From contig NW_024704745.1 in assembly GCF_018977255.1 (NCBI RefSeq), forward strand, positions 41,106,001 to 41,170,000: a stretch of 64,000 bases of DNA, written 5' to 3'. The translations under genes were made by a program, and so were the position numbers. Below the pieces are notes generated by a model, which made no database searches, was not told the origin of the DNA, and saw nothing but the letters and a program-made list of their open reading frames with translations. This DNA comes from Callorhinchus milii. Taxonomy: Eukaryota. Of this stretch, positions 1 to 11,514 are shown piece after piece (the stretch's first letter is position 1; each line of letters opens with the position of its first letter).

Positions 1-113
1 AGGGGGGGGGAGGGAGGGGGGGGGAGAGGGAGGGAGGGGGGGGAGAGAGAGGGAGAGAGGGGGAGAGGGAGGGAGAGAGGGAGAGGGGGAGAGAGGGGGG
101 AGAGAGGGAGAGA
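1..113. repeat. GA-rich low-complexity tract
   Basis: Almost pure G/A sequence. Confidence 0.9.
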
Positions 114-681
114 TGATCAGCTGTGGGTGGATGTGAAGCCCCGTTCCGAATGTCCAGGATTGTGCGCGAACACAAAGAAACTTCCGTTTGAAATGCAAAA
201 ACATTTTCTTTTTTTTTAATATATAAAAGGCTGCGGGGGGTGACATTCGACTGAACACCGCGCACTCGAAATTCGCCATTCCCCCCCCCCACCCCCCACC
301 CCCCCGACTGCGATTTTCGTTTCCACCAAAAATCGCATTTCACGGGGGAATAACGTGGGAAAAGGGGCTCATTGCTTTTTACACACACACACGCACACAC
401 ATCACACACACAGATATATATATACATATATATACACATGATTTAAAAAAAGAGCTCCTGCCATAAAGACTAACCCCCCCCCCTCCCCCCGGAATAAAGT
501 GTGTGATTTTCTTGTTTCAAAAAAAAGCAATTTGCACATATGTGACTCGGTGCAGCCCCTGAGGCTGAGGCAGAGCCCGGAGATCCCACGAGTATAACAC
601 ACAACAGCCTCTCCCTCTCTCCCTCTCTCTCCCTCTCTGCTCTCACACCCACAACTGACAAATACACACTCCTGACCGCAC

Positions 682-960
682 ACTTACCCGGGAGATCGCT
701 GGCCGCCGAGTGTGTGTGTGTGTGTGTGCGTGTTTTTCCCGCACACGGCCGCCCAGAGCCTCTTGAAACAATTCAACGAGAGAGAAATGTCGGCCAACAA
801 AACCGAACCGGTCAGTTCACACCAACCGCCGCCCGCGCGCCGCCATGTTCCCGGGAGGTGGGCGGTGCCACGTCGCCGGGCGAGCCGGTCGGATTGGCTG
901 CCCGCCGCGTCAATCAGGGGCGACGACAGCCAATGGGCGGCCGGTGGAGAGTGGCGGCAG
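682..960 (-). promoter_or_regulatory. CpG-island promoter and probable non-coding first exon of a minus-strand gene leaving the window to the left
   Basis: CpG-dense 690-960. CCAAT boxes at 893-897 and 930-934, GC boxes, and YY1-like CGCCATGTT at 841-849. Strong minus-strand donor CGG|GTAAGT with the exon ending at 688. Confidence 0.6.
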
Positions 961-3689
961 ACTTGTCTTTCCATTCCACATGTTCCACTCCATTGACCTG
1001 AGACACATCAATTCTATGTGACCTTAGGTAATAATTCATTGATAATAATAATTTTGTCACTCAATCTGACTGTTTGTAGGACGCTGCTGTGCGCATACGG
1101 CTGCTGTGTTTCACCCGTAAAGTATACAGTCAATACACGTTACAGTATATTCTGTGAAGCTCTTTGAGACGTCTCGAAGATGTGATAAGGCAATATATCA
1201 AATGCAAGGATTATTATTATTATTAACCAATTGCACATTTCACAGCTCCCACTGATGTAAGCCAAAACATTGCACTGCTCTACAGAGACTGGGAGGAAGG
1301 GAGAAGAATGGGAGATTGAGGATGCCACCTGGAGTCATTGGGGTTATAGACATAGAATTTTTTGTAAAAGGGTGGTTTTCTTGATGGCATCAAAGAACAA
1401 GGTGACGGGAGTTTTGAAGAGTGTTGCAGAGAACAGACTGGCATAATGGCTGAAAATCTGGCCACCAATGGTGGGGCAAATTACTAGCAGAATGGGGTTG
1501 GCGAAGATTGCAAATGTAGGATGGGGTACCTGTCAGTAGCAGAAAATCTCAACTCCAACCACCCAAGTTACTGCTTCTGGGATTTTTGTGGATATTTCAT
1601 CTCTTGAATTTTTCTTGTATAGCGAAGCCTCTCAGGGAAGCCCCTTTATGTTGTAAACCAAATCTGGGGACACACAAAAAATTTAAATCATCACAATTCC
1701 TGATCCTGATAGTACTGAAGAAGCTTGTTGGATAAATGGCTGTATTTTTCTGATGAATGCATCTGTTTTAGAATTGTATTGTTCTTGCTCAGTTTGTGGC
1801 TAAACTCAAGACAGAGCCACAATACCTCATCCGGTGACTGTCCCTGGAAATTGGGTACATATTGGGTACCCTACTTTAGCACTGTTAATAACCATAAGCC
1901 CCTAGAACCCCTCATCAAGGCAACAAACACACACTGAACAAAGGTTATCAATATTGCAATTTTATGGCAAATGCAACTTTATGTAACATGGAAATTTAAG
2001 GATTCCAGTTCTTAAATGAGGGATTTGCGTCTGGCGTAATGCAAAGCCAAAGGTAATGCAAATTCCCAAAATCTATAGCTAATCCATCTGCTCAGGTACA
2101 ATCATTATCATCAAGCTGCAGGAGGCAAGTTGATTTACAGAAACTTAGTGCAAACAAATCAGTCACAGGAAGTGATCAAATACAACAGAATTTTGAAATG
2201 AGCATATACTGAATATCAAAACGTTTTTAAAAAACAATGGAGCTTTGAAATATACTTTTACTGAAAATTCTTGACTGGTAGTTCTCTGAAAAAAATTAAG
2301 TGGCTTTGAGATGCCACATGAAGGGAGCTATATAAATACAAGTTGTTGTTTTTATTACAATAATAATAATCCTTGCATTTGATATAGCGCTTTTCACGTC
2401 TTCTAGACGTCTCAAAGTGCTTCACAGAATATGCTGTAAAGTGAACTGACTGTATATTTGTGGGCGAAACGCGGCAGCCAATTGCACATAGCAGTGTCTC
2501 ACAAAAAGTCATGGATTGAAAATGACCAATTTATTATTGTTTTATTTTGGAGGGATTATTATATCCTTGCATTTGATATAGCGCCTTATCACGTTGTCAA
2601 GACGTCTCAAAGCGCTTCACAGGATATACTGTAAAGTGAATTGACTATATATTTTGTGGGCGAAAATACTGCCATATTTAATTATCTGGTGATTTATTTT
2701 TATATATTTAAATATTGTAATACTTCAATAAGATTCCCCAAGTCTTCTCTTCTCCAATGTAAATATTGATGTTTCAGGAGCCTATTAATCTGAACCCTCT
2801 GCAGTGCCAATGTCTCTAAGGTAATGTAATAGAATTATACAAAGGACTGAACAGATAGGGCTGTAACAATGCTGTGTCCATATGTAACAATAGTACTTGC
2901 ATTTGATATAGTGCCTTATCACATCATTGAGATGCCTCAAAGGGCTTCACAGAATGTACTGTAAAATCAATTGACTGTATATTTTGTGGGCGAAATGCGG
3001 CAGCCAATTGCACCCAGCAGTGTCCCACAAACATTTGTGGTTTGAGTGATCAAATTATTATTATTATTTTTTGGAGGGATTATTACTCCCGGAAATCAAT
3101 CCACCAATCAACTAACAACAGGGTTCCTACGTACTGCTAGGTAAACAGGAAGTGAAAAAAAATCTGTAAACCAGTACTGCCAACATCAGGAATTGTGGTG
3201 AATTCAATTTTATTTATGTATCCTCTGTTTACATGTAGTGTTGTATAAAGTTCAATATCACTTCCTCTGTCTTCTACTAAATCATTTTAACTATAAATCC
3301 CAAATCTTGTTTGTTCTATTTAGTGTTACTGGATATCCACAATATTTCCAAATGATTTGCTCCTAATCCACATAATTCTACCTCCTTTATAATAATAATC
3401 CTTGCATTTAAGTGTTTTATCACGTTGTCGAAACATCTCAAAGCACTTCACAGGATTTACTGTAACGTGTAATGATATTTGCAGGTGACTGTGACAGCCA
3501 CTTTACACAAAGCAATGTCCCACAAACAGCCATTAAGTTAATGACTAATTGTTATCTGGAGGATTGTTGGACAAGACACTAGGAAAACATCCTTCTCTTT
3601 CAAATAACTTCATGAAATCTTTAATATCCATCTGAACAGGCAGATGGGGCCTCAATTTAACATCTCATGCAAATGAGGGGATCTCAGGG

Positions 3690-4170
3690 ATTTGGACCTG
3701 AACTGGGGAGTCGGGATCATGGAGGGTAGCCGAATGCTCAGTCGCAGAGGAGGATTTTGAGAGGCAAAAGAAGGCAAAAGAGGGAGCAAGGCGAAGGGGA
3801 TGTGGGATGGAGTTCCATAGGGTGGGGGTAGAAAGGCTGAAGGCCTGATGGTGGGGGGTGGCGACAAGGAGCAGGTCACAGCCTGCTAAGCGAAGGGAGA
3901 GGACAGGTTGATATGGGGTTAGTCGGTCGCAGAGGTAGGGAGGGGCAAGGCATAGAGGACCTTGAAGGCGAGGACGAGGATTTTGAACTCTATTCTCTGG
4001 GGGATGGGCGGCCAGTGGAGCTGGGTGAGGGTGGGGTTGATGGGATTGTGGAGCCTGGTATGGGAGAGGACACGAGCTGCAGAGTTCTGGATGATCTGCA
4101 GCTTGTGGAGAGAAGAGTTGGGAAGACTGACAAGCAGGGAGTTGGCGTAGTCAAGCCAAGTTGTGAGCAA
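3690..4170 (-). mobile_element. L2 3' fragment
   Basis: [38 protein letters not shown]. Confidence 0.85.
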
Positions 4171-4330
4171 TGTCCTGATATGGGCTTGAACCCACAATTT
4201 TGTGACTCAGAGGCAAAAGTGCTACCAATTGAGCCAGCTAACATCTTTATAGGTATTACGGTTTCACCAGAACTCCCATATCCCTGTTCTGTATATCTTT
4301 TTCCTGTCGATTGGTACCACTGACTTACCA

Positions 4331-4643
4331 GGATTCCTGTAGCTCAGTGGTTAGAGCTTTTGCCTCGCAAGCGAGAGACCTGGGTTTGATACCCAGCAGG
4401 GAAAAACCTTGGGCAAGTTTCCTTACTCCACACGCCTGATAATAATCCCTCAAGAAAAAAACAATAACAGTTTGGTCACTCAATCCACGACTGTTTGTGG
4501 GACACTGCTGGCCGCAACTGGCTGCTGTGTTTTACCCACAAAATATACAGTCAATTCACTTTACTGTATATTCTGTGAAGCGCTTTGAGACGTCCAAAAG
4601 ACACGAAAAATGCTATATCAAATTCAAGGATTATTATTATTAT
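4331..4643 (+). mobile_element. tRNA-derived SINE (Deu-domain-like core, L2-like tail)
   Basis: tRNA-like head TGTAGCTCAGTGGTTAGAGC..GGTTTGAT, core TGTTTGTGGGACACTGCTG..TGGCTGC, (ATT)n tail. Confidence 0.9.
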
Positions 4644-6067
4644 TTCCTACTGTTTATTTTCCTTGTCCAATATCATCACACTACACATTTATCCACAATA
4701 AATAAAATTTGGCCCTAGATAGCCCAATGAATAACCTAACCAGATCATTTTGTATTTGGTCAGTCTGTTTGCTGTTATTTGTGATTCTACCAGTTTGATA
4801 TTATGCACAACTTTAGACAGGTGTGTTTCCATCTCTATTCCAAATCAATTGTGTACAATGTGAATAGTATTAGCCTCAGAAAAATGTGATACTTAGCACC
4901 TGATAAATTGAAATCAATCGGAGCAAGAATGTTTTTTGGCTAATGCCTCTTTTTGAACCAGTGCCTATAACATATCCGAAGCTATTTTTTTAAAATCACT
5001 TAATATATTATTTACCTTGATCAATGGTCCATCTTTATTCACTCTTAAACCACTTCCCAGTTTATCCTTTCTCTTTTACTGTGGAGAAAATGTATAATTT
5101 ACCAAGCTCTCACTACATTATTCTCTAACCAAGTCTCTCAGATGCTGAAAAGGTCAAACTTTCTTCCGAGTACAAATCTCCAATTTTTTTCCCAACTTCT
5201 GGCACTAAAGTACAAAATTTCAGGCATCCATTATCCCATTACTTAGCCTGACCCTTTTTTTTTAAAAAAAATGGTGTCATTTTCCCTATACCACGGTAAC
5301 CTTATACTCCACACACTGACACTACTGTAGTTTAACAGATTATCTCTCAAGGCATTCTACAAAGCTGTCAACAGCAGAGAATCGCACAGGAACTGATCTG
5401 ACTGAAAGCTCACATTCATTTTGTCCTCACACATGCATTCCAAAAGCTCTGAAGCTGGATGAAATCTGAAAAGAAACAGAATCTCATCTTTGCTTCCAAC
5501 TTCTGATCAAAAGAACATAGAGGCAAGAACACAGCGCAAGCAATAACTAAGAAAAGCTTTAAAAAAAAGTTACTTTGTATTAGGTTCTTTTAAGCATACA
5601 TGCATCTCTCTTATGAAGCACAAGCCAATGGTGCCTTTGAAAAGATTACTCTGGTGAGGTCCAGTGTGTCCACGGCAAAGTCATGTATTGAATTTTTGTT
5701 CTACTGCAAAACAAACATCTGTAAAATCGAAAACATTCAACAATAATATTTTCTTTTATCTCTTCCTTATTGGAGTAAACTTTAGGTATTTCATAATGCA
5801 TTCTCTGTTTTCATTAACGTTAAGGATTGATGCAAACTTCATCCTCAACTTTACATCAGCAATGCGACTGTTAGTCTCAGCTCATTTCGCTGCTCCTGAG
5901 ACTGCCATCTTGATGCCTGAAGTTCTTCTCACTATTATACTGGTGTATATTCTATCCTTATCCAAATTCACAGTAAAATTGAAACTGATTATTTACTCAC
6001 CATTTTATGCTTTTTAAAGATAATACTGGGCACAGATTATCTTCCACATTTGACTACCTAAAATTCC

Positions 6068-8238
6068 ACAACAACTTACATTTATATAGCAGCCATTATG
6101 TAAGGTAGTGTCTCAGAGCACTTCTTAACGTTGGCAAAGGCTGACACTGAGATGGGGGGCGGGGGGAGTGACTTTAAGCACATCGAAGAGGAAGGTCTTC
6201 GGCTGTGATTTAAAAATGGGGGAGGAGGGAGCAAAGCGGAGGGATTGAGGGAGAAAGTTTCAAAGTTTCAGGGCACAGACACTTTTGGAGGAACTAAGGG
6301 GATAAGAGACAAGCAGAAGGCCGGAGCTAGCAGGTTGTGAGCAAGGAGTACGCAGTTCGGAGATGTAGAAAGGTGCCAGAGCATGAAGGGATTTGTAGAC
6401 AAGTGCAAGGATTTTGAAGCCTTTCTGTTCTGGGATAGGGAGCCAGTGGAGCCTGGCAAGGAATGGGATGATGGAGGTACGGGGTATGGTGTGGGTGAGG
6501 ACATGGACAGCGAGTTTTGAATTACTTGGATTTAATAATAATACTATTTTGTGGATAGTGGAGCTGGGGAGACTGGCAAGGAGGGCATTGGAATAATCGA
6601 GGCTGGAGGTGACCTAGGCATGGCTGCATTAAGTGTGAAGTACAGTTGGAGGCAGGCAACATGATGGAGGTGGAGGAAAGACATCCTGATCAGGGATTGG
6701 ATATGGGGTAGGAAGGACACCTGGGGATTGAACCTGCCCCCCAGATTATGCACAGCTCCGGTAAATCTTACTCTGGTGAGGTCCACAAAATAGACAGCCA
6801 ATTCACTTTACAGTATATCCTGTGAAGCGCTTTGAGACATCTCGAAGACGTGATAAGGCGCGATATCAAAGGCAAGGATTATTATTTTATTGTTATTGTG
6901 TCCATGGCAAAATCAAGTATGGGATTTTTGTTGTGCTGCAAAACAAACATCTGTAAAATGCAAACAAGCTGACACAACATTGAACTTGTGAGTTGCAACT
7001 GGAAAAGTAGATTTGGTTGATGTAGTAGTTGACTCCCTGTCTACAAATGACATCACCGAGAGAGAGCATGTAAACAACGAAAAGGGGGGAGTCATGAGTC
7101 GGGAGAAAGCTGGGGGGAAAAAAAATTTGCAGAGACAAATGGTCACACAGAGAGAGGACATAGTTTGTGACTTTGATGAGCGCTGTCTTGGTGCTGTGGG
7201 CAGGCTCCGGAAACAGGACTCGAGGGGCTCGAATAGCAAGTGGAAGGAGACGTATGAGCGAAGTTGATATGTAACAATGCGTTCCAGAACTTTAACAATT
7301 GAAGGCAAATTAAAAATGGGCCAGTAGTTTGTAAGGTTAGAGGGATCGAGGTGTTTCTTTTGAGGAGGGGGCTGATGACAACAGTTTTGAGGGGAAATGG
7401 TGAGCTTCAAGTGGGTGGATGGTTGAGAGGAGCAAGAAGAAATAGGGGCAAAGGAATGGGGCAGTGGTAAGAGCCATGGTGGAAGGGGTGGGTGATGTAG
7501 AAGGCATGGGGGGGGTTGCTGAGGGACACAGAAAGGGAAAAGGAGGCAGCCAGGCAGATGTTTTCTATCTTTGAGACAAAGAAATCCAGGATCTCTTTGC
7601 ACTTGACATTTGAGGTAAGGACCAAGGGTGCTTTAGAGGGCACATGGAGGAGGTGATAAGTGGTGGAGAACAGCACTTTGGGGTTATTTTTCGCCTCCAC
7701 AATGGCCTGGGAATAAAAAGTAGTTTGGGCCTGTGAGAGGAAGAGATGGTAGGTATGAAGATGCTCGAGCCATGTCTGGCAGTGAACCATGAAGCCGTTT
7801 TTTTGCCATCTGTGCTCAAGCGTCTGAGTTTGGGATTTAAGGGAGCGGAGGTGGTTGTTATATTGGGGGGAGTAGGTGGTTTTGGAGAACGTCCTGGATT
7901 TCATGGGGACAAGAGAATTGAAAGTTACAGGGAGACAATCATTTAGCAGCTTGATGGCTCCATTAGGATCACTGCAGGTGGAAGGTTAGAGGGAGAAAAG
8001 GTCAGAGGATGAGGGAATTTGTGAGGGACTCGGAGGGTGGGAGGGGAATCTTTTTCCGAGCGTTGTAAAAGATAGTGGAGGGCTTGGAGGAGGACAGGGA
8101 GATACAAGAGGAGAGGGAGATGAGGAAGTGGTCAGAGATGGCCTTGTCTGTGATGGACAGATCGTAGATGTCAAGTCCATGGGTAATGACGAGGTGTGAG
8201 TTGGGGAGTTTATGTGGAGGGTGATTTTAGGGAGGAGA
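6068..8238 (-). mobile_element. Decayed L2 LINE interrupted by a SINE tail and a short duplicated segment
   Basis: Minus-strand fragments LDPSNLTNYWPIFNLPSIVKVLERIV and KNNPKVLFSTT, with an L2 3' tail near 6070-6120. Boundaries approximate. Confidence 0.85.
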
Positions 8239-8738
8239 ATAATAATCCTTGCATTTGATATAGAGCCTTATCACGTCTTTGAGACGTCTCAAAGCGCTTT
8301 ACAGGATATACTGTAAAGTGAATTGACTGTATATTTTATGGGCGAAACACGGCAGCCAATTGCGCACAGCAGTGTCCCACAAACAATCGTGGATTGATTG
8401 ACCAAATTGTTATTTATTTTCTATGAGTATGTTCCAATCATCCCTGGGCCGCCGAGCTCTATCTCCCCCTCTCTCCTTCACAAAGCTGGTCTCTCTCTCA
8501 AGACCTAACCTGTGTCTGTCTTGTTGATCTATTTGGAGTTGAGGTACAGATCAGCCATGATCTAATGGAATGGCCAATCAGGCTTGAGGAGCTGAATGGC
8601 CTTTAATAATAATCCTTGCATTTGATATAGTGCCTTATCACGTCTTCGAGACTTGTCAGAGTGCTTCACAGAATATCCTGTAAAGTATAGTGACTTTTTA
8701 AGAAAGCAACACAATTAGAGGAGATGGGGCAGGAGTCT

Positions 8739-9408
8739 GGTCCACGCCTTTATCACCTCAAGGCTGGACTATGGGAACTCTCTCCACGCCGGCCTTCCCG
8801 GCACCTCCCTCCACAAGCTGCAGGTCATTCAGAACGCTGCAGCTCGTGTACTGTCCCGCACCAGGCTTCGCGACCACATCACTCCCACCCTCGCTCGCCT
8901 CCACTGGCTCCCCATCCCCCAGAGGATCGAATTCAAGATACTCATCCTTGCCTACAAGGCCATTCAGGGCCTTGCTCCCTTCTACCTCTCTGACCTACTA
9001 TCCCCCTACTTACCTGCCTGTACCCTCCGTTCCTCTGGCTCCGGTCTGCTCCACATCCCCCGCCCCAACCACCCTACCATCGGTGGCCGGGCCTTCAGCC
9101 TCTCAGCCCCGAGGCTCTGGAACTCTATCCCCCAGTGCCATTGCCTTGCTTCCTCCCTTTCCTCCTTCAAGGCCAGTCTCAAGACCTTTCTCTTTGACCA
9201 TGCCTTCAGCTCCCCTCTCAACTCTCTACCCCCTCCTCGCCCCCTCCCTTCCCTCTACTCACCCTGACCATTTCCCCCCTCCTCGCTCCCTCCCTTCCCT
9301 CCCCTCACCCTGACCATTTCCCCCCTGCTCGAGTCCTGACCCAACTGTCCAGCACCTTGGGACGTCCTCCCGACGTGAAAGGCGCTTTATAAATGGAATC
9401 TTGTTGTT
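8739..9408 (+). mobile_element. L2 3' fragment, young subfamily
   Basis: Closely similar to 47070-47682 and 57190-57805. Ends in a TTG tail. Confidence 0.9.
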
Positions 9409-9429
9409 AAGTAGTTATGGGGAAGGTTG

Positions 9430-9900
9430 AAATTACCCATTGTTAGCAGGCATTCAGTGCAGAGGGATGAGAGGAGAGAGATGTCTGAAAGGAAATAGCC
9501 AGGTGGTTTAGGTTGGGTGTAAGCTAGGAGGATTTTGAACCAGAGAAAGGAGGGATAGTACAGGGCGAGGTGCTCAAATGGGCGGGGAGGAGTTAGAAGA
9601 ATAGGGAGCTAGACCGAGAGAGGTTTATGAGATGAGGGCCACCCTGCCGCACGTCAGTTGGGATGGGGGGGGGCATGGTAGAAAGTGTAGCCAGGCTGGG
9701 AAGCTCAATGAGGGGCAGTGTGTCATCAGTGAACAGCCAAGTTTCTGCAAGACCAAGAATATTGATGTGCTCATCCAGGATGAGGTCATGGATAGTGAAT
9801 AATGAGAGCTTTGTTAGGGAGGGAATCGACAATTTGGAGGGCAATGCGAATAGAAGCACAAGTGGGGTGGGTGGAATAGGGGGGAGGGGTTTCAGATTTG
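9430..9900 (-). mobile_element. L2 endonuclease-region fragment
   Basis: IHDLILDEHINILGLAETWL matches the N-terminal motif of APE-type endonucleases. Confidence 0.75.
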
Positions 9901-10479
9901 GAATTCACTTAAATTGTAGTTAATCGTATTCTGTAATTCCTTTTATGCAAAAGATACTATATAAACATAAGTAATTATGCCTAATCTACATTTTAGCATG
10001 GATCAATTTGCAACATTCTTACCTCTGGGTCAGCAGGGTTCAAGACTTGAGCTCAAAGTCGGGCTAACATTGCAGTACAGTGCATGTCATTGTCAAATGT
10101 GCTGTTTTTTGGAGGAGAACTTACATTTGAATCCCATGTAACTAATCAGTTGGATATTAAAGTTACAATGACACTGTTTCAAAAGAGAAGGGAGATTCTC
10201 CTGATTTTATTGTCATTCACCATATGTCTGTTTGTGGGACCTTGTTGGTGCAAATAAATAACTGTTGCATTTGCCTACAAATGCACTCACTAGATTTGAA
10301 CAATTATAGATGAGACCTTTCAATGTGAAAAGGTGCTAATAAAATGGAAGTTTTTTCTTTATGTTTAAGATACTTTATGCTTAAATATGTAGCAATAAAC
10401 CAGTTGGTAAAGAAGATGATACCTTACCATTGTCCTAGAACATGAAATATACCAAGGAGTAATTAAAGACCATATCTTT

Positions 10480-10830
10480 AAGGACACATGTGGGGAATCC
10501 ATCACTATACTGAAAGAGTATCCAAACCAAATTGAAGAGTTCCATGCATCCTACCTATATATGGAAATTCCAGAGATGTTTATTGGAAAGCACATTCTCT
10601 CTCTGGAGGAACGCATCCTGCTTGCCTAAATCCAGAAAGTATTAGGTGCAGATTGGCAAGAACCAAGGCTTGGGGACTCCAGAGTTTGCGTTGGGGTACT
10701 GCTCAAGTATAACCAACTAAAACCACATAGCTTGCCATTGAAAGCACTGTCTGGCAAGTTATTTTGCTGCTTTCCTGCTACGACCACCCTACCCATTAGC
10801 GCTTTGGCTTGCAGGGTTAATAGGAGCCAA
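10480..10830. repeat. Unclassified interspersed repeat (other copies about 40520-40710, 45315-45470, 63340-63690 and inverted 62685-62835)
   Basis: Shared blocks ATCCTGCTTACCTAA, CCAAGGCTTGGG, TAACCAGCTAAAAC and GCTTTGRCTTGCAGGGTTAA. Confidence 0.75.
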
Positions 10831-11514
10831 GTGTGTTTCAAGACCTCTTTGACCGCACCTTTGGTCACCCTCACTGCTCTCCACCCTTCCTGATACCAAC
10901 CCCCAGCTCGGGTCCAAATCCCTCACTATCCAGCGCCCTGGAACATCCTCCCAATGTGAAAGGTGCCACTTGTAACTCCCTATAACCTTCCTGGTGGGCA
11001 AATCAGCTCAACGTAAAATGCATGAGAGCATTGCCACCATCTTCCTGTCCACAGCTCAGACACAAATCGCTTCCTATTGACCGATGGTTCCAGCAATTGG
11101 AGGTGCAGATCTTAAGCAGCAGCAGCTTACCTCTGTGAGTAAATCAGGATGGATTCCAGTCACTGGTTGTACAAACACATTCACAGCCTCAGACTGCAGG
11201 TAACACCTTCCAGCAGCCAACCACTATCCTAACCTGCTCACATTTCAGCCACACATCCCTACCCATCAAGCAATGGGTTAAACCAGTTGAAAGTACAGCC
11301 CATCAACAGCAGCTGCTTACCTGCGCAGCATTTCAACAGCAGCTGCTCTGCATACAAATGAAGGATGGGTGTATGAGCATACAAATGTATACAACTGTGA
11401 CCATTTAGAATTGGGTAGCAATATACACAGTAATATTGGTGCTCTAATAGTTGCCTGTGGAATGAGCAAGGCAACGTATTAAAAATATTCCCCATCTTTT
11501 CTCCACTTGTTACA

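Noticed and set aside
5016-5078. Minus-strand 63-nt exon-like segment with good AG/GT flanks
   Set aside because: It has stops in all three frames and the surrounding sequence resembles a decayed LINE. There is no support for a coding exon.
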